32,304 nucleotides of DNA from a virus (taxonomy: Duplodnaviria > Caudoviricetes): positions 1 to 32,304 of the IMG/VR virus record IMGVR_UViG_3300027793_000039, one strand, 5' to 3'. The notes under the pieces are model-generated. The model searched no databases, was not told the DNA's origin, and was given only the letters and a program-made list of their open reading frames with translations. The first letter of the stretch is position 1; every line of letters begins with the position of its first letter. Below are positions 1 through 9,649 of this stretch, piece after piece. The translations under genes and the position numbers were made by a program.

Positions 1-127
1 AGATAGATGAGTTTGTTACTCTCAACTGGGATATAGCCATAGATAACCAGATAGCACTGATAGCAGAAAGATGAAAGCACCCTTCCCCTACTTTGGCGGT
101 AAGAGCAGCGTAGCCCCAATAGTGTGG
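1..127. repeat. 127-bp terminal direct repeat, left copy (probable circular-assembly overlap)
   Basis: Identical to 32178-32304. The length 127 equals a common maximum k-mer size, and the ORF at 31712..32251 runs through the repeat. Confidence 0.95.
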
Positions 128-193
128 CCCGCACTGCCTGCCGCTGCAATTGACGGGCCTGTTCTGAGCCGGGGGCAAAAACAAAACCCCTGA
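71..193 (+). pseudogene. Internally deleted DNA adenine methyltransferase (D12/Dam-like) remnant
   Basis: 71.. reads MKAPFPYFGGKSSVAPIVW, a D12-class N-terminal motif. 129..167, in another frame, reads PHCLPLQLTGLF*, resembling the WFSPHCL..Q..LF C-terminus I recall from this phage MTase subfamily. The catalytic core is absent. Confidence 0.75.
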
Positions 194-219
194 GCTTGCC
201 TATCGGCAGGGGCTAGGGG
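177..219 (-). terminator. Hairpin plus U-tract (intrinsic terminator on the - strand)
   Basis: Imperfect stem CCCCT-GAGC-TTGCC / GGCAG-GGGCT-AGGGG at 187-219, followed on the - strand by TTTTGTTTTT. Confidence 0.55.
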
Positions 220-260
220 AAATACCACCCAAAGGTAGGCAAAAAAACTTAGCGGAATCC

Positions 261-291
261 TTGCTAAATTGCGCAACGCATCCTATCTTTG
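261..291 (+). promoter_or_regulatory. Class I Bacteroidota promoter with palindromic operator
   Basis: TTGCTAAATTGCGCAA-N7-TATCTTTG, with the ATG 4 nt downstream at 296. Confidence 0.8.
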
Positions 292-295
292 TAGC

Positions 296-601
296 ATGAC
301 TGGAATAACAAAATACTTCAGGTACACGGAGCGCGTGCACGACGGTGACTTCGAGTTCTACGATGTCGAAAACTGGTACATCGTAGCGGACAACACCCTT
401 GTTCGATTCGCTTTTGCGCCAAACTGGGGAGGCGCAATAGTTGCCGATGAGCGCAACTATACGCGCCTCTGGTTTATTGAAGAGGCATTCCTTGACCCCG
501 GCAAGATGCAGGAACGCCCGTTAAGCGAGTTTTTGGCCGTGCTTAACCGCGCATTGTCTGCGGGCAAATACTTTGATTATTACAAAAACGAAACAGAATG
601 A
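296..601 (+). CDS. Small acidic, aromatic-rich hypothetical protein (probably early)
   Basis: ATG296 directly follows the promoter, so it is preferred over the track's TTG269. ATGA overlap with the SSB gene. Confidence 0.75.
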   Translation: MTGITKYFRYTERVHDGDFEFYDVENWYIVADNTLVRFAFAPNWGGAIVADERNYTRLWFIEEAFLDPGKMQERPLSEFLAVLNRALSAGKYFDYYKNETE

Positions 602-963
602 GTAGTACTTTCACCATAGAGGGCACAGTACACGCCCTAACCCCCACTGTAGAAGTGGGCAACGGTTACCGCAAGCGAGACCTAGTAGTGCGCTATGTGG
701 ATAACCCAGAGTACCCCCAGCTGGTTAAGCTCGAAGCTAACCAAAAAGTAACGGATAAACTGGACGGGGTTAAGCCGGGGGATACCGTGCGCGTGCACTT
801 CAACATCCGTGGGCGCGAGTGGGTTAACCAGAAGGGTGAAACCGTATACTTTACCTCTCTGTCTATCTGGAAGGTGGACGTAGCACCGGGGCAGAATGCC
901 AATCAGCCTACCTTTTACCAAAAGGTAGAGGACGCGGTAGACGACAGCGACCTGCCGTTTTAG
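598..963 (+). CDS. Single-stranded DNA-binding protein, DUF3127 family
   Basis: Motifs YRKRDLVV..YPQLVKLE, VRVHFNIRGREW and YFTSLSIWK, plus the acidic SSB tail DDSDLPF. Confidence 0.85.
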   Translation: MSSTFTIEGTVHALTPTVEVGNGYRKRDLVVRYVDNPEYPQLVKLEANQKVTDKLDGVKPGDTVRVHFNIRGREWVNQKGETVYFTSLSIWKVDVAPGQNANQPTFYQKVEDAVDDSDLPF

Positions 964-976
964 GCGGCAAAATGCG

Positions 977-984
977 TAACTTGG
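977..984 (+). promoter_or_regulatory. Class II -7 element
   Basis: aaaatgcgTAACTTGG-ctac-ATG(989). Confidence 0.6.
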
Positions 985-988
985 CTAC

Positions 989-2701
989 ATGGCTAATGTT
1001 ACACTTGTAGACTGGTTTGCCTCATCCGGCCTATCTCTCAAACTGTATGCAGCAGGCAGCCCTGTAGTGGTAAGCCTTCAGGCAGAAAAAATAACCTCAG
1101 ATGTAGCTATTGACAACCTGCCTAGGCCATATACCAACCCGGCTATATATGCCAGTGTTGTAATAAATTTTGCTGTGGCTTGGCCAGCGGGTAGCACGCT
1201 AACCATAAATAACACTACCCTAACCGCGTCGTCTGACCCTGTCCGACCAGATGACTTTTTAGCCTTTTCTGGCTTGCCAGCGGATAGGGCGCAAAGCATG
1301 CAGAGCCTTGCTGATACCATAAACCACTCGTTCGCATTTGGCAACATAATGAGGGCTAGTTTTGCTACGCAAACCCTAACACTAAATAGCATTATACCGG
1401 GGGCTGCTGGGATTATACAAGCAAGTGCAAGTGTACCGAATGGCATCCAATCGGTTTACACCGCCTCTGAAATCAACAGAGCTACCACACTAGGCGGCGC
1501 GTCTTATGGACACTACCTAACTATCCAGATGATAGACCCCGCACAACCATCAACCACGATACACTACGTTGCAACTGTTGATGGCACCCCCGATGCAGCG
1601 GGGCTAACACAAATAGACATAAGCGAGTACCTGCGTCCCTGGCTAAGGGCACCGCTCCCTATGCCCATGCAATCAGCCCCGGGCTACCTTACATACAGCG
1701 GTGCCAGTGCCCAGTTCTTTATGCAATATGGAGAGCAATATACGGGGGGTGTAGACGGCACGAACGCCCAGGCCCGTAACCTGCGCCGCTATCAAGTAGG
1801 CAGTGCGTACGGCCTGTGCATAAGTGGCGCACTGCCTAGCGAGATAGGGGGCGATGGTATCGACGCGTATAGTGTAAACCCCAATCCATTTAGGCTAGCC
1901 CGGGAACTGACAAAAGCCCCGCCCTACAGAATAATGCGCCGGGGGGATGGAGAGTACGATATGGCTAGTTTAATCAATGCTTACAGCATAAGCCGAGACT
2001 CACAGTTAGCCCGCTTCGTGCCAAACAAAATGGAGGTATTATACACCTTTTCGGATGGATTGGAGCTAGAAAGGGAGTACCCGCTATCAACACTTGGCGA
2101 CATTAACGAGGGGGTTCCGCTTGCAGATATGACCGTGCATTTAAACCTGAATGCCCAGGCACTGAAGCTCGACGAGGTCGAGGCTGAAATAGGCCGCCGG
2201 GTAATAACGGTAAGGGTGGATGTATTTGGGGTGCAAGGAGCCAACAACCCTAAGATTGCCACCATAACCCGCACGGTGGACGAGGTAGACACTCCCCAAA
2301 ATTACATACCTATTCTTTTTCGAAATTCGTTTGGGTTCTGGGAGCTGCTGCACTTCGAAGGCGTGCGCGATACCGACATACGCACTACCCGCACAACCTA
2401 TGAACAGAGCAGGGGCTACACCTACCCGGATGCCAGCAGGCAAGTTATGCGCACGCTACAGGTAGGGGTAGAAGAGCGGCACACACTACGTAGTGGCTAC
2501 CTGCCTATTGATCATGTGGAATGGCTGAAAGACATAGCCGCCAGCCCTGAGGTCTACACCCTAACGGAGGTAACCGGTACGCCTGAATGGGCACCGCTGC
2601 ACGTAACCGAGAGTACCCTTACCTATTCTACTGAGGATACCCAGGTGCAGCTGGAGCTACGTGCGACATGGAGCCAAAAAGAAAACACACTAAAGGGTTG
2701 A
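989..2701 (+). CDS. Tail tip/baseplate structural protein
   Basis: 570 aa. The C-terminal FRNSFGFWE...TLRSGYL...EWLKDIAASPEVY pattern is typical of Bacteroidota siphophage tail proteins. It lies upstream of the hub and TMP genes. Confidence 0.65.
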   Translation: MANVTLVDWFASSGLSLKLYAAGSPVVVSLQAEKITSDVAIDNLPRPYTNPAIYASVVINFAVAWPAGSTLTINNTTLTASSDPVRPDDFLAFSGLPADRAQSMQSLADTINHSFAFGNIMRASFATQTLTLNSIIPGAAGIIQASASVPNGIQSVYTASEINRATTLGGASYGHYLTIQMIDPAQPSTTIHYVATVDGTPDAAGLTQIDISEYLRPWLRAPLPMPMQSAPGYLTYSGASAQFFMQYGEQYTGGVDGTNAQARNLRRYQVGSAYGLCISGALPSEIGGDGIDAYSVNPNPFRLARELTKAPPYRIMRRGDGEYDMASLINAYSISRDSQLARFVPNKMEVLYTFSDGLELEREYPLSTLGDINEGVPLADMTVHLNLNAQALKLDEVEAEIGRRVITVRVDVFGVQGANNPKIATITRTVDEVDTPQNYIPILFRNSFGFWELLHFEGVRDTDIRTTRTTYEQSRGYTYPDASRQVMRTLQVGVEERHTLRSGYLPIDHVEWLKDIAASPEVYTLTEVTGTPEWAPLHVTESTLTYSTEDTQVQLELRATWSQKENTLKG

Positions 2702-2728
2702 TAAATTGCGCAACATGGCTTACCTTTC
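2698..2728 (+). promoter_or_regulatory. Class I promoter with palindromic operator
   Basis: TTGATAAATTGCGCAA-N7-TACCTTTC. The -33 TTG overlaps the stop codon of the tail gene. Confidence 0.7.
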
Positions 2729-2749
2729 GGGCATTAAGTTTAATCAAAG

Positions 2750-2980
2750 ATGAAGATGAAGAATAAACTAACCCTAATAACTGCCATAGCGGCAGCACTG
2801 GCCATGATCCTCAGGATCATATACCTGCACTTGGAACTGAGGGATGCCCGCGCCCAGCGGGACTTGGCCATCGAGAACTATGAGCGTTCCAGGGAAATGT
2901 ACAAAGAGTGCGAAAAAGACTTGGACACCGCCATGAGCCTAGTGTATCAGTGGAAAAGGTTGTACTACAAAGGCAAATAG
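2750..2980 (+). CDS. Small protein with N-terminal TM helix and coiled coil
   Basis: Hydrophobic stretch LTLITAIAAALAMILRII followed by a helical charged region. A-rich leader TTTAATCAAAG. Confidence 0.7.
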   Translation: MKMKNKLTLITAIAAALAMILRIIYLHLELRDARAQRDLAIENYERSREMYKECEKDLDTAMSLVYQWKRLYYKGK

Positions 2981-2990
2981 TCTATATTTG
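2960..2990 (+). promoter_or_regulatory. Consensus -33/-7 promoter (no operator)
   Basis: TTG(2960)-N20-TATATTTG(2983-2990), the same spacing as the class I promoters. Confidence 0.65.
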
Positions 2991-2992
2991 CT

Positions 2993-3053
2993 AATTCCAT
3001 GTCGGGAATGGGAAGTTCTGGACGCGGTGCCTAATGCAGGTGCCGCGTTTTTT
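2993..3053 (+). ncRNA. Candidate ~60-nt small RNA (or 11-aa micropeptide mRNA)
   Basis: Bounded by its own promoter and a terminator. 5' hairpin ATTCC/GGAAT. Confidence 0.4.
3021..3053 (+). terminator. Intrinsic terminator
   Basis: ACGCGGTGCCT-aatgc-AGGTGCCGCGT (two G-U pairs) followed by a T-tract. Confidence 0.85.
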
Positions 3054-3056
3054 GCT

Positions 3057-3064
3057 TAAATTGG
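3057..3064 (+). promoter_or_regulatory. Class II -7 element
   Basis: ttttgctTAAATTGG-gtgc-ATG(3069), directly after the terminator. Confidence 0.6.
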
Positions 3065-3068
3065 GTGC

Positions 3069-3287
3069 ATGGATAAGCGGCAATGGGTGCTCTTGGCGGC
3101 TACTGTTATCATAACAATAGTGGCAATCAACAAAGCAGGTAACGTTCTGCTTAATTACCAGCGGCAAGTAGACCAGTTGCAGCGCGAAAACGCCAAACTA
3201 GTACGCGCTAACGAGCGGTACAAGGGCAAGCTGGCCGCATACAGGGAGCTAAATAAGCAAAAACGACGTGGTAAGGCTGCTGATTAA
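3069..3287 (+). CDS. Small protein with N-terminal TM helix and coiled coil
   Basis: WVLLAATVIITIVAI followed by the heptad-like YQRQVDQLQRENAKL. Confidence 0.7.
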   Translation: MDKRQWVLLAATVIITIVAINKAGNVLLNYQRQVDQLQRENAKLVRANERYKGKLAAYRELNKQKRRGKAAD

Positions 3288-5688
3288 CGGCAATCCCGCC
3301 GACATTGAAACCAGCGAAAAACTGGGGGCTCGGATTATACGCCGCGCACCTACGATCGAGGTAGGAGCCACCAAGGGAGACTATACTCTAAACCTGAACC
3401 TACCCGCAACCGACCGGAATAACGCCCTGCTGGCCTTCACAGGCAAGTACAACAAAGCAGGCAGCTACAGCAACCAGCCTACACTGGACGCGCGGATAGA
3501 GGTAGACGGAAGCACGGTACTAAGGGGCCGCCTGTTCATAACCGGACGCGAGCCCGATCGGTATAAAGGGGTGATTGTGGGGGATTCTGTGAGCTGGGGG
3601 CACAATATCCGGGGCAAAAGTTTACGGGACGTGCAAGCCCCCGGTATCGTATTTACGGGTATGCGTAGCCCTACTCGTAACCCTTGGCCTGAAAACCCCG
3701 CGGGAACGGGTGTAGCCCTACCTGAGGTATGGGCTAAAGACGAAACACAAGACGAATACTTTTTCCCCCTTATTAGTTATGGTAACTTCCCGGCGTTTCT
3801 TGACCCTAGTATCTGGGGTGCTGATCCACCGGATAACCCGCTACAGCCCGGGATAGAGGTAGCCGATAGCAAGGGGCTACGTGCGGGTGCATTGCTACTA
3901 AACAATAGCCACAGTGAAACGCACCTAGACTTTACCAACTTTCGGCCCTGCTGGTATGTGCGGCCATTGCTTAGGCGAATTTTTGAGGATGCAGGCTATA
4001 GCGTAAGCGGACAGTTCTTTGACGTAACCGACCAGCGGGCACCCAGAAACCTATGTGTCCCATACACCGGCAAAGATGGGGCTGAATGGAACTGGCGGTT
4101 GCTGGGAAGCTACAAAGAACGGCACACGGCGGGTATCGCATACCGAAACGTGCCATTCGTTCCGCTTGGCAGCGTTAGTAATTTAGGTATGTTTTATGAT
4201 CCCCTTGTGCCCACAAGCCAGGGTGCGTTTGCATGGGCACTAATGGTGCCAAACAATAACTATAGCCTAAGTTATGACTACTCTAATGGAGCGGCAAGGT
4301 TCACCTATTTAGGCCCAGATCCCGGCAATGGATCGAGATCGGCGCATAGCCAGTGGACGTGCCTTAAGGATGGTATGTATACCCTTCGCTATTTTGGGCG
4401 CATAGCAGACGCTACTTACACTACTAGCAACCCACTTATTCCGGTTTTCCCGGGTGTAACCCGGGGGGTTATCGCCCTACGCCGTTTTGATGGACCTAGC
4501 GCAATAGGAGGTGCGGGACTGGTAACGCTATCTGATGAGACAGGCATAACGGACGGGGGGCTTCTAGCAAACGGCACTACAAGCGATACCAATCTGCTGG
4601 TTTGGGACTTTTTCAATACACGGCAGGCGGGTGCATCCGCAACCCCCATAACCGATACCATTAGTTTGGAGTACACGGGTACCTTCAAAAAGGGGGACGC
4701 GGTTATGCCATTCATGTTTTTGGATGCAGACAATAACCAAGGGAATAACGATTGGCGGGTAGTTATCGAATCAGGCCAGCGGTTCGAAGTGGTGCAGTCT
4801 GGGCTAGGGCAAACAGAGAGTCCGGAACTGCTATACCCGCAAAGTTTCCTGCCAGATATGGATCAGCTAGACTATGTAAAGGCTCTAAATGATTTGTTTG
4901 GCCTAGTCATAACTGCTGATAGTGCAACCCGATCGGTTTCGATTGACTATATAGAAGACTACTATTTGCCTGCCAGCCAGGGTGTAGATTGGACGGATAA
5001 GGCGAATATAGAAACGATCGTAACGGAACCTAACGACATGCCCGCCCGCTTGGAGTTTAACTGGGAAATTGAGAAAGACGACCTGATTGTAGACCCCAAT
5101 AGCCAAAAGGTTAGCTATACGTACCTAACCAGCATCCCTACAGCGGACGGTAAACAAGAAATAGCATTGCCCTTTGCCTATACGGGCAACCGCACTTTTA
5201 CTATCTGGGACGGCAATAACATTCGGGGGTTGCTATTACTTGCCTGCATCCACAACAAGGATGCAATTGGGCAAACGCTAGGCGAACTAGCGGATGGTAG
5301 CGAAACAATCGAATATGATTATGAGCCTCGCCTTTTAGTAGGGGTTCCAACACGAAGTGTAACGCTATGGATAGAGGGTGAGCAGTTTAGCGTAGTGCCC
5401 ATATGCGTAGCCGAAACCGACCGATTGGGCTGGTATATAGCCCCACTTGCATCAAACCCCGGGGGGCTAGCTAGTGGGCAATACGCTAGCGGGTACAGCG
5501 AACGGATACAGCGGCTGGAGCGCGGATACAAAGCAGAGGTTGAGGCCATGCTAACGCCTTACGATCTGGCTACGTTGGACTATCGAAGGCCGGTTCTGAT
5601 AGCCGGGCAAGCCTACTATGTTATTGAGGTGGACGCTTACAACCCCGCGGAGCCGAAACCGGTAAAAGTAAAAATGATACGCTACTAA
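3268..5688 (+). CDS. Tail tip/hub protein
   Basis: 806 aa with [25 protein letters not shown] and [19 protein letters not shown] patterns. TAATG-coupled to the TMP gene. Confidence 0.65.
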   Translation: MVRLLINGNPADIETSEKLGARIIRRAPTIEVGATKGDYTLNLNLPATDRNNALLAFTGKYNKAGSYSNQPTLDARIEVDGSTVLRGRLFITGREPDRYKGVIVGDSVSWGHNIRGKSLRDVQAPGIVFTGMRSPTRNPWPENPAGTGVALPEVWAKDETQDEYFFPLISYGNFPAFLDPSIWGADPPDNPLQPGIEVADSKGLRAGALLLNNSHSETHLDFTNFRPCWYVRPLLRRIFEDAGYSVSGQFFDVTDQRAPRNLCVPYTGKDGAEWNWRLLGSYKERHTAGIAYRNVPFVPLGSVSNLGMFYDPLVPTSQGAFAWALMVPNNNYSLSYDYSNGAARFTYLGPDPGNGSRSAHSQWTCLKDGMYTLRYFGRIADATYTTSNPLIPVFPGVTRGVIALRRFDGPSAIGGAGLVTLSDETGITDGGLLANGTTSDTNLLVWDFFNTRQAGASATPITDTISLEYTGTFKKGDAVMPFMFLDADNNQGNNDWRVVIESGQRFEVVQSGLGQTESPELLYPQSFLPDMDQLDYVKALNDLFGLVITADSATRSVSIDYIEDYYLPASQGVDWTDKANIETIVTEPNDMPARLEFNWEIEKDDLIVDPNSQKVSYTYLTSIPTADGKQEIALPFAYTGNRTFTIWDGNNIRGLLLLACIHNKDAIGQTLGELADGSETIEYDYEPRLLVGVPTRSVTLWIEGEQFSVVPICVAETDRLGWYIAPLASNPGGLASGQYASGYSERIQRLERGYKAEVEAMLTPYDLATLDYRRPVLIAGQAYYVIEVDAYNPAEPKPVKVKMIRY

Positions 5689-8474
5689 TGGCAAGCAACA
5701 CCAAGGTATTCGAGCTGCAACTGAAGGGAGCTGATAAGGCCGCTAAAGACCTAAACGCTGTAGCCAAATCGGTTGGCACTACCGCCAACCAGTTGAGCAA
5801 CATACAGCAGGCGATAGCCAAGCAGATCGTAGCGACACAGAACAGCACGAAGGCACTGCAAGAGCAGCAGCAGGGGCTAAGCAAGACTAGTGATGAGTAT
5901 GCCCGGCTATCCGCCGAAATAGAGAGCAACGAGCGGGCGGTAGCTACCCTAAACAATGCGTTAACCGAAACAACCGAATTCGCCGGCGATTCCTTTGAGC
6001 AGCTAACCGCGCTGAACAAGGCACTGGACGGGGTTCCCATCGGCAGCAAGGCGTTCAATAGTTTAAGCAAAGAGGTATTCAAATTTGAGCAGCGGGTAGA
6101 AGTAGGCAAGCGCGGGCTAAACGAAACCGTTGGTATTGTAGCTGGGTTTGGAGCGACAGCAGTGGGCGCATTCTCGCAGGGTGCGGCTGCCTTCCAAGCG
6201 TTCGGCGGGTCGGGTGAAGACTCCCTTGCAATCATCAAAGACCTCGAAACCGCCACTGCCATAGCGGGTGCAGCACAAGGCGCGGCAACCCTAATAACAG
6301 ATGGATACACGGCGGCCATAGCAGCACAAAAACTAGCCGTTGTAGCGGCTGATAAGGCAACAAAAATATGGAATGCCACCCTATTACTGAACCCCGTTGT
6401 AGCCATAGCGGCGGGGGTTGTGGCTTTAGGCGCGGCGGTGTACGCGCTAAGCGAGGCTTTTAGCGAAAGTGAGGGGGAAACCAAGGCACAAACAAAAGCA
6501 CTAAATGAACTGACTGAGGCGGAATTGAAGGCCCGCAAAAGCACGAATGACCTAAGCACCAGCAGGCTGGAACTAGCCCTACAACTTAAGCAAATAGAGC
6601 TGCAACAAAAGGGGCTAAGCGGCACTGAGCTGCAAGCCGCCTTACTGCAAGAGCAGATAACCGCCAACATCCAAAAGCGAAAGGTAGCGATAGACAACTG
6701 GCGGGTAGCGCAACGGGGCGTGAACCTAGCCCTAAAGCAGGAAACTGAGGAAACGATTAAACTACGCGAAGAGCAATCCGGTTATTTTGCCTCGTTTGAA
6801 GATGAAACCGTGGCGCGTGCAAATCGAGCCAAAGCGCGTAAATCTGAGATTCTTCAAGAAAATGAAGCGCGGCAGGGCCAGGTAGACGCGCGTAAGGCTG
6901 TGGCTGATTTGGATCAAGAGGGGATCGAACTGGAACGGCAACTAAGGGAGGCACGGGCCGCTAGCGCACAGGCCAATACGGATGCAGCCATAAAGCGGTT
7001 AGACAAAGAGCGCGAACAGTACAACAACTTAGCCGAAATACGTAAGCTGGAAAGCAGCCTAAGCGAAGAGAGGGTGCTGGAGATAGAGCAAGAGCAGGCG
7101 CGGCAAAACCTAGCGTTTGACCAACGGCAGGCTAAACTGGAAGGTGCCTTCTTTGATGAGCAGCGCATCGAGCTATTGCGCCGCCAGCAGGCTAAGGAAA
7201 CCGCCGCGCTGCAAGCCAAGCTAGCGGATGAGGATACTAAGCGGCAGGAAGAACAGCGGGCAAAATTAGAAGCGGAGGCCCAAGCCGCGGCTGAGGCAGA
7301 GCGCACTCGTCAGCAGCAGATACGGGAGGAGCGGGAGGCGTTAACCGACCTTGAGCTTCAGTTAGCCCTAGCCAATAATCAGCGGCTACTTGATAGTGAC
7401 GAGGTGGCGGGTGCGCAGCGCATTGCCCTAGCCCGGCGCGTGGAAGAGCAGCAGATCGAGATAATCCGCCGCCGCTATGCAGCCGAACGGGCACTAGCCC
7501 AAACGGCACTTAAGGATAACGAGATAGCCCTTGCAGATAGGCTAAAGCAATTGGCGCTAAAAGAAGAGGCCGAGATAGCCAGCATCGACACTGTGGCCAA
7601 GGCTCAAGAGGCCGATGCTGCCAAGACCGCCGAAATGCAAAAGGCCCAATTGGATGCCGGGATAGGCGCGGCCCAGCAGCTGGCAGGCCAGATAACCGCT
7701 ATCCTTGACGCGGTTAATGCCCAGCGCATAGAGGCTCTGGATGCCCAAATAGAGGTAAGCACGGAGCGGCTGGCACTCTTTGACGAGCGAGTGGCTGAAA
7801 GTCAAGATCGGATAGCGGAGCTGGAGGCCAACCTGCTGGATAGCAACGCCGCACAAAGCGATCAGATAAAGGCAAATCTGCTGGCAGAACAGGATCAGGT
7901 AGCCGCCTTGCAAGCGGCACGCGAAGAAGAGGCGGCTGTAACGGCTAAACTGGAACGCGATAAGCTGAACCTGCAACGCAAGGCGGCAAACCAGAAAAAA
8001 GCATTCGACGCATTCGGCGTGGTAACCAGCACGGCTCAGGCAATTATGGGTGCACTTGCCCAAACAGCCCTGCTAACGCCAATCGGCGCGGGCATCCTAG
8101 CGGCAGCTTACGGTGCAGTGGGTGCCGCACAGTTGGCAACTGTATTGACCGCTAGCCCCGGGTTTGCTGAGGGCGGGTATACTGGGGACGGCGGCAAATT
8201 TGAGCCTGCTGGCATTGTGCACCGGGGTGAATATGTAGCCCCCCAGCAGGTAGTGCGCCACCCAGAGGCCCGCCCGCTGATCGGCAGGCTAGAACAATTG
8301 CGGGTACGCGGTTATGAGCAGGGAGGTATGGTGGGCGGGGCCGCGGTTGGCGGTGTAAGCAGCGCAATAACCAACGTGCAACAGCAAGTAGCGCAAACAA
8401 TAGTTGTGGATGTGCGTAGTGTTGTAGACAAATCCGCCGAAAACGCGACTGCTGAAGCCCTTGCCACTCTATAG
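5688..8474 (+). CDS. Tail tape measure protein
   Basis: 928 aa Ala/Gln/Glu-rich coiled coil with hydrophobic patches ([16 protein letters not shown]) and the C-terminal [26 protein letters not shown] motif. Confidence 0.9.
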   Translation: MASNTKVFELQLKGADKAAKDLNAVAKSVGTTANQLSNIQQAIAKQIVATQNSTKALQEQQQGLSKTSDEYARLSAEIESNERAVATLNNALTETTEFAGDSFEQLTALNKALDGVPIGSKAFNSLSKEVFKFEQRVEVGKRGLNETVGIVAGFGATAVGAFSQGAAAFQAFGGSGEDSLAIIKDLETATAIAGAAQGAATLITDGYTAAIAAQKLAVVAADKATKIWNATLLLNPVVAIAAGVVALGAAVYALSEAFSESEGETKAQTKALNELTEAELKARKSTNDLSTSRLELALQLKQIELQQKGLSGTELQAALLQEQITANIQKRKVAIDNWRVAQRGVNLALKQETEETIKLREEQSGYFASFEDETVARANRAKARKSEILQENEARQGQVDARKAVADLDQEGIELERQLREARAASAQANTDAAIKRLDKEREQYNNLAEIRKLESSLSEERVLEIEQEQARQNLAFDQRQAKLEGAFFDEQRIELLRRQQAKETAALQAKLADEDTKRQEEQRAKLEAEAQAAAEAERTRQQQIREEREALTDLELQLALANNQRLLDSDEVAGAQRIALARRVEEQQIEIIRRRYAAERALAQTALKDNEIALADRLKQLALKEEAEIASIDTVAKAQEADAAKTAEMQKAQLDAGIGAAQQLAGQITAILDAVNAQRIEALDAQIEVSTERLALFDERVAESQDRIAELEANLLDSNAAQSDQIKANLLAEQDQVAALQAAREEEAAVTAKLERDKLNLQRKAANQKKAFDAFGVVTSTAQAIMGALAQTALLTPIGAGILAAAYGAVGAAQLATVLTASPGFAEGGYTGDGGKFEPAGIVHRGEYVAPQQVVRHPEARPLIGRLEQLRVRGYEQGGMVGGAAVGGVSSAITNVQQQVAQTIVVDVRSVVDKSAENATAEALATL

Positions 8475-8489
8475 TTAGTATAAAATTTG

Positions 8490-8497
8490 TATTTTAG
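8490..8497 (+). promoter_or_regulatory. Possible class II -7 element for the head operon
   Basis: aaaatttgTATTTTAG in an AT-rich gap, 18 nt before ATG8516. Confidence 0.4.
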
Positions 8498-8515
8498 CGT
8501 AAATTAATTATAGGG

Positions 8516-9649
8516 ATGGAACCGGAAAAGCTAGACGATAGCCTGCCAATCTACTATATGACCGCCGAGGACATTAGCATGGGCACCTTTGCGGTTAGCC
8601 TTGTAGACGAACCCGCCATACAGGAGAGCTTTATCGCCCTATCGGCGCACGGGGAGCGTAACGAGTTGATGATGGCAGCGGCTAACGCTGAAAAGCGCAT
8701 TGTAACCGGCCCTGTTTTGATCCCAAACAAGGCGATTTACCGCGAGCTGAAGAAGCAGGGGTACTACATTTTGTTTAGTGAAGAGGTAGTTGAGGCAAGC
8801 CGCAACAAATTTGCGCGGGATCACGGCAACATGGCCCTCACGCACCAGCACCTGGTGGATATGAACGGGCGTGCGTACGTAGTTGAGCAGTGGATAATCG
8901 AAGATCCAGAGCGTGACAAGGCAGTTGCACTTGGCCTAACGGGCTTACCTAAGGGTACATGGATGATGAGCGTACGGGTAGAAGACCCTGAGTATTGGCA
9001 GAAGGAGGTAAAAGGCAATAAAGTTACCGGCTTCAGCATCGAGGGCTTTTACGGGCACGCGATAGCAGAGGCAGACAAACAAATAAAGGCAAGCCGCAAA
9101 CAGCGCAGCAACCCCGTTGCCGCCCTGCTGCGCAAAGCCGCTGATTTACTAGAGGGCGCAAAGCCCGAGCCTATACAAAAAATTGAGCTTATGGAGGTTT
9201 TTGTAACAGTCGGGGAGGAGACGGTAGCCGTTATGTTCCCCGAGACCGAGCCTTTTGAGCTGCCCGCTATTGACGCGGACGGCAAGGAAGGCAAGGTTGT
9301 ATTTATGCCAACGGCTGCGGCCGGTGACGATGGTGAAGACGGAATGGATGGTGAAACCGAAATGCGTGCCCAAAGGGTGAGCACTAGTAGGGTAGACCCT
9401 GCCATTGCCGATGCAGCCAAAGAGTTTAGCGTGTTGCTCGCCGAAGAGGTTAGCCGCCGTGTGAGCCCTTTGGAACAACAGCTGAAGGTGCTACAGGCGA
9501 AGCTAAACGCAAAGGGAGCCCCCGGCCTGCCTGCACCTGTGCAGGATCGGAATAAGACTGTAGAGCTGACAATAGAGCAGAGAGCCGCGGCTGCTTATGA
9601 CCGCGTGAAAGAAAGACTTAACCAAAACACCGTAAAAAATGGCAGGTAG
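8516..9649 (+). CDS. Prohead serine protease (XkdF/S78_2-like) with scaffold-like C-terminus
   Basis: VSLVDEPAIQE, KRIVTGPVLIPNK, LPKGTWMMSVRV and VTGFSIEG motifs, then an acidic, helical tail. Confidence 0.85.
   Translation: MEPEKLDDSLPIYYMTAEDISMGTFAVSLVDEPAIQESFIALSAHGERNELMMAAANAEKRIVTGPVLIPNKAIYRELKKQGYYILFSEEVVEASRNKFARDHGNMALTHQHLVDMNGRAYVVEQWIIEDPERDKAVALGLTGLPKGTWMMSVRVEDPEYWQKEVKGNKVTGFSIEGFYGHAIAEADKQIKASRKQRSNPVAALLRKAADLLEGAKPEPIQKIELMEVFVTVGEETVAVMFPETEPFELPAIDADGKEGKVVFMPTAAAGDDGEDGMDGETEMRAQRVSTSRVDPAIADAAKEFSVLLAEEVSRRVSPLEQQLKVLQAKLNAKGAPGLPAPVQDRNKTVELTIEQRAAAAYDRVKERLNQNTVKNGR

Noticed and set aside
1-127. Biological direct terminal repeat of the virion DNA
   Set aside because: The length equals a standard k-mer and the repeat falls inside coding sequence, so an assembly overlap is more parsimonious.
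961-963. TAG stop-codon reassignment as in some crAss-like phages
   Set aside because: TAG ends genes at natural C-termini (SSB DLPF, TMP, tube before its terminator), and core genes are intact in code 11.
2986-3015. Solitary CRISPR-repeat mimic (ATTTGCTAATTCCAT resembles the ATTTCAATTCCA end of some type I-B repeats)
   Set aside because: The match is short and gapped, part of it is the promoter box, and there is no second copy or spacer.
5621-8400. Long antisense ORFs within the tape measure gene, and similar shadow ORFs elsewhere
   Set aside because: They are mirror frames of biased codon usage, with no promoter or protein-like motifs.
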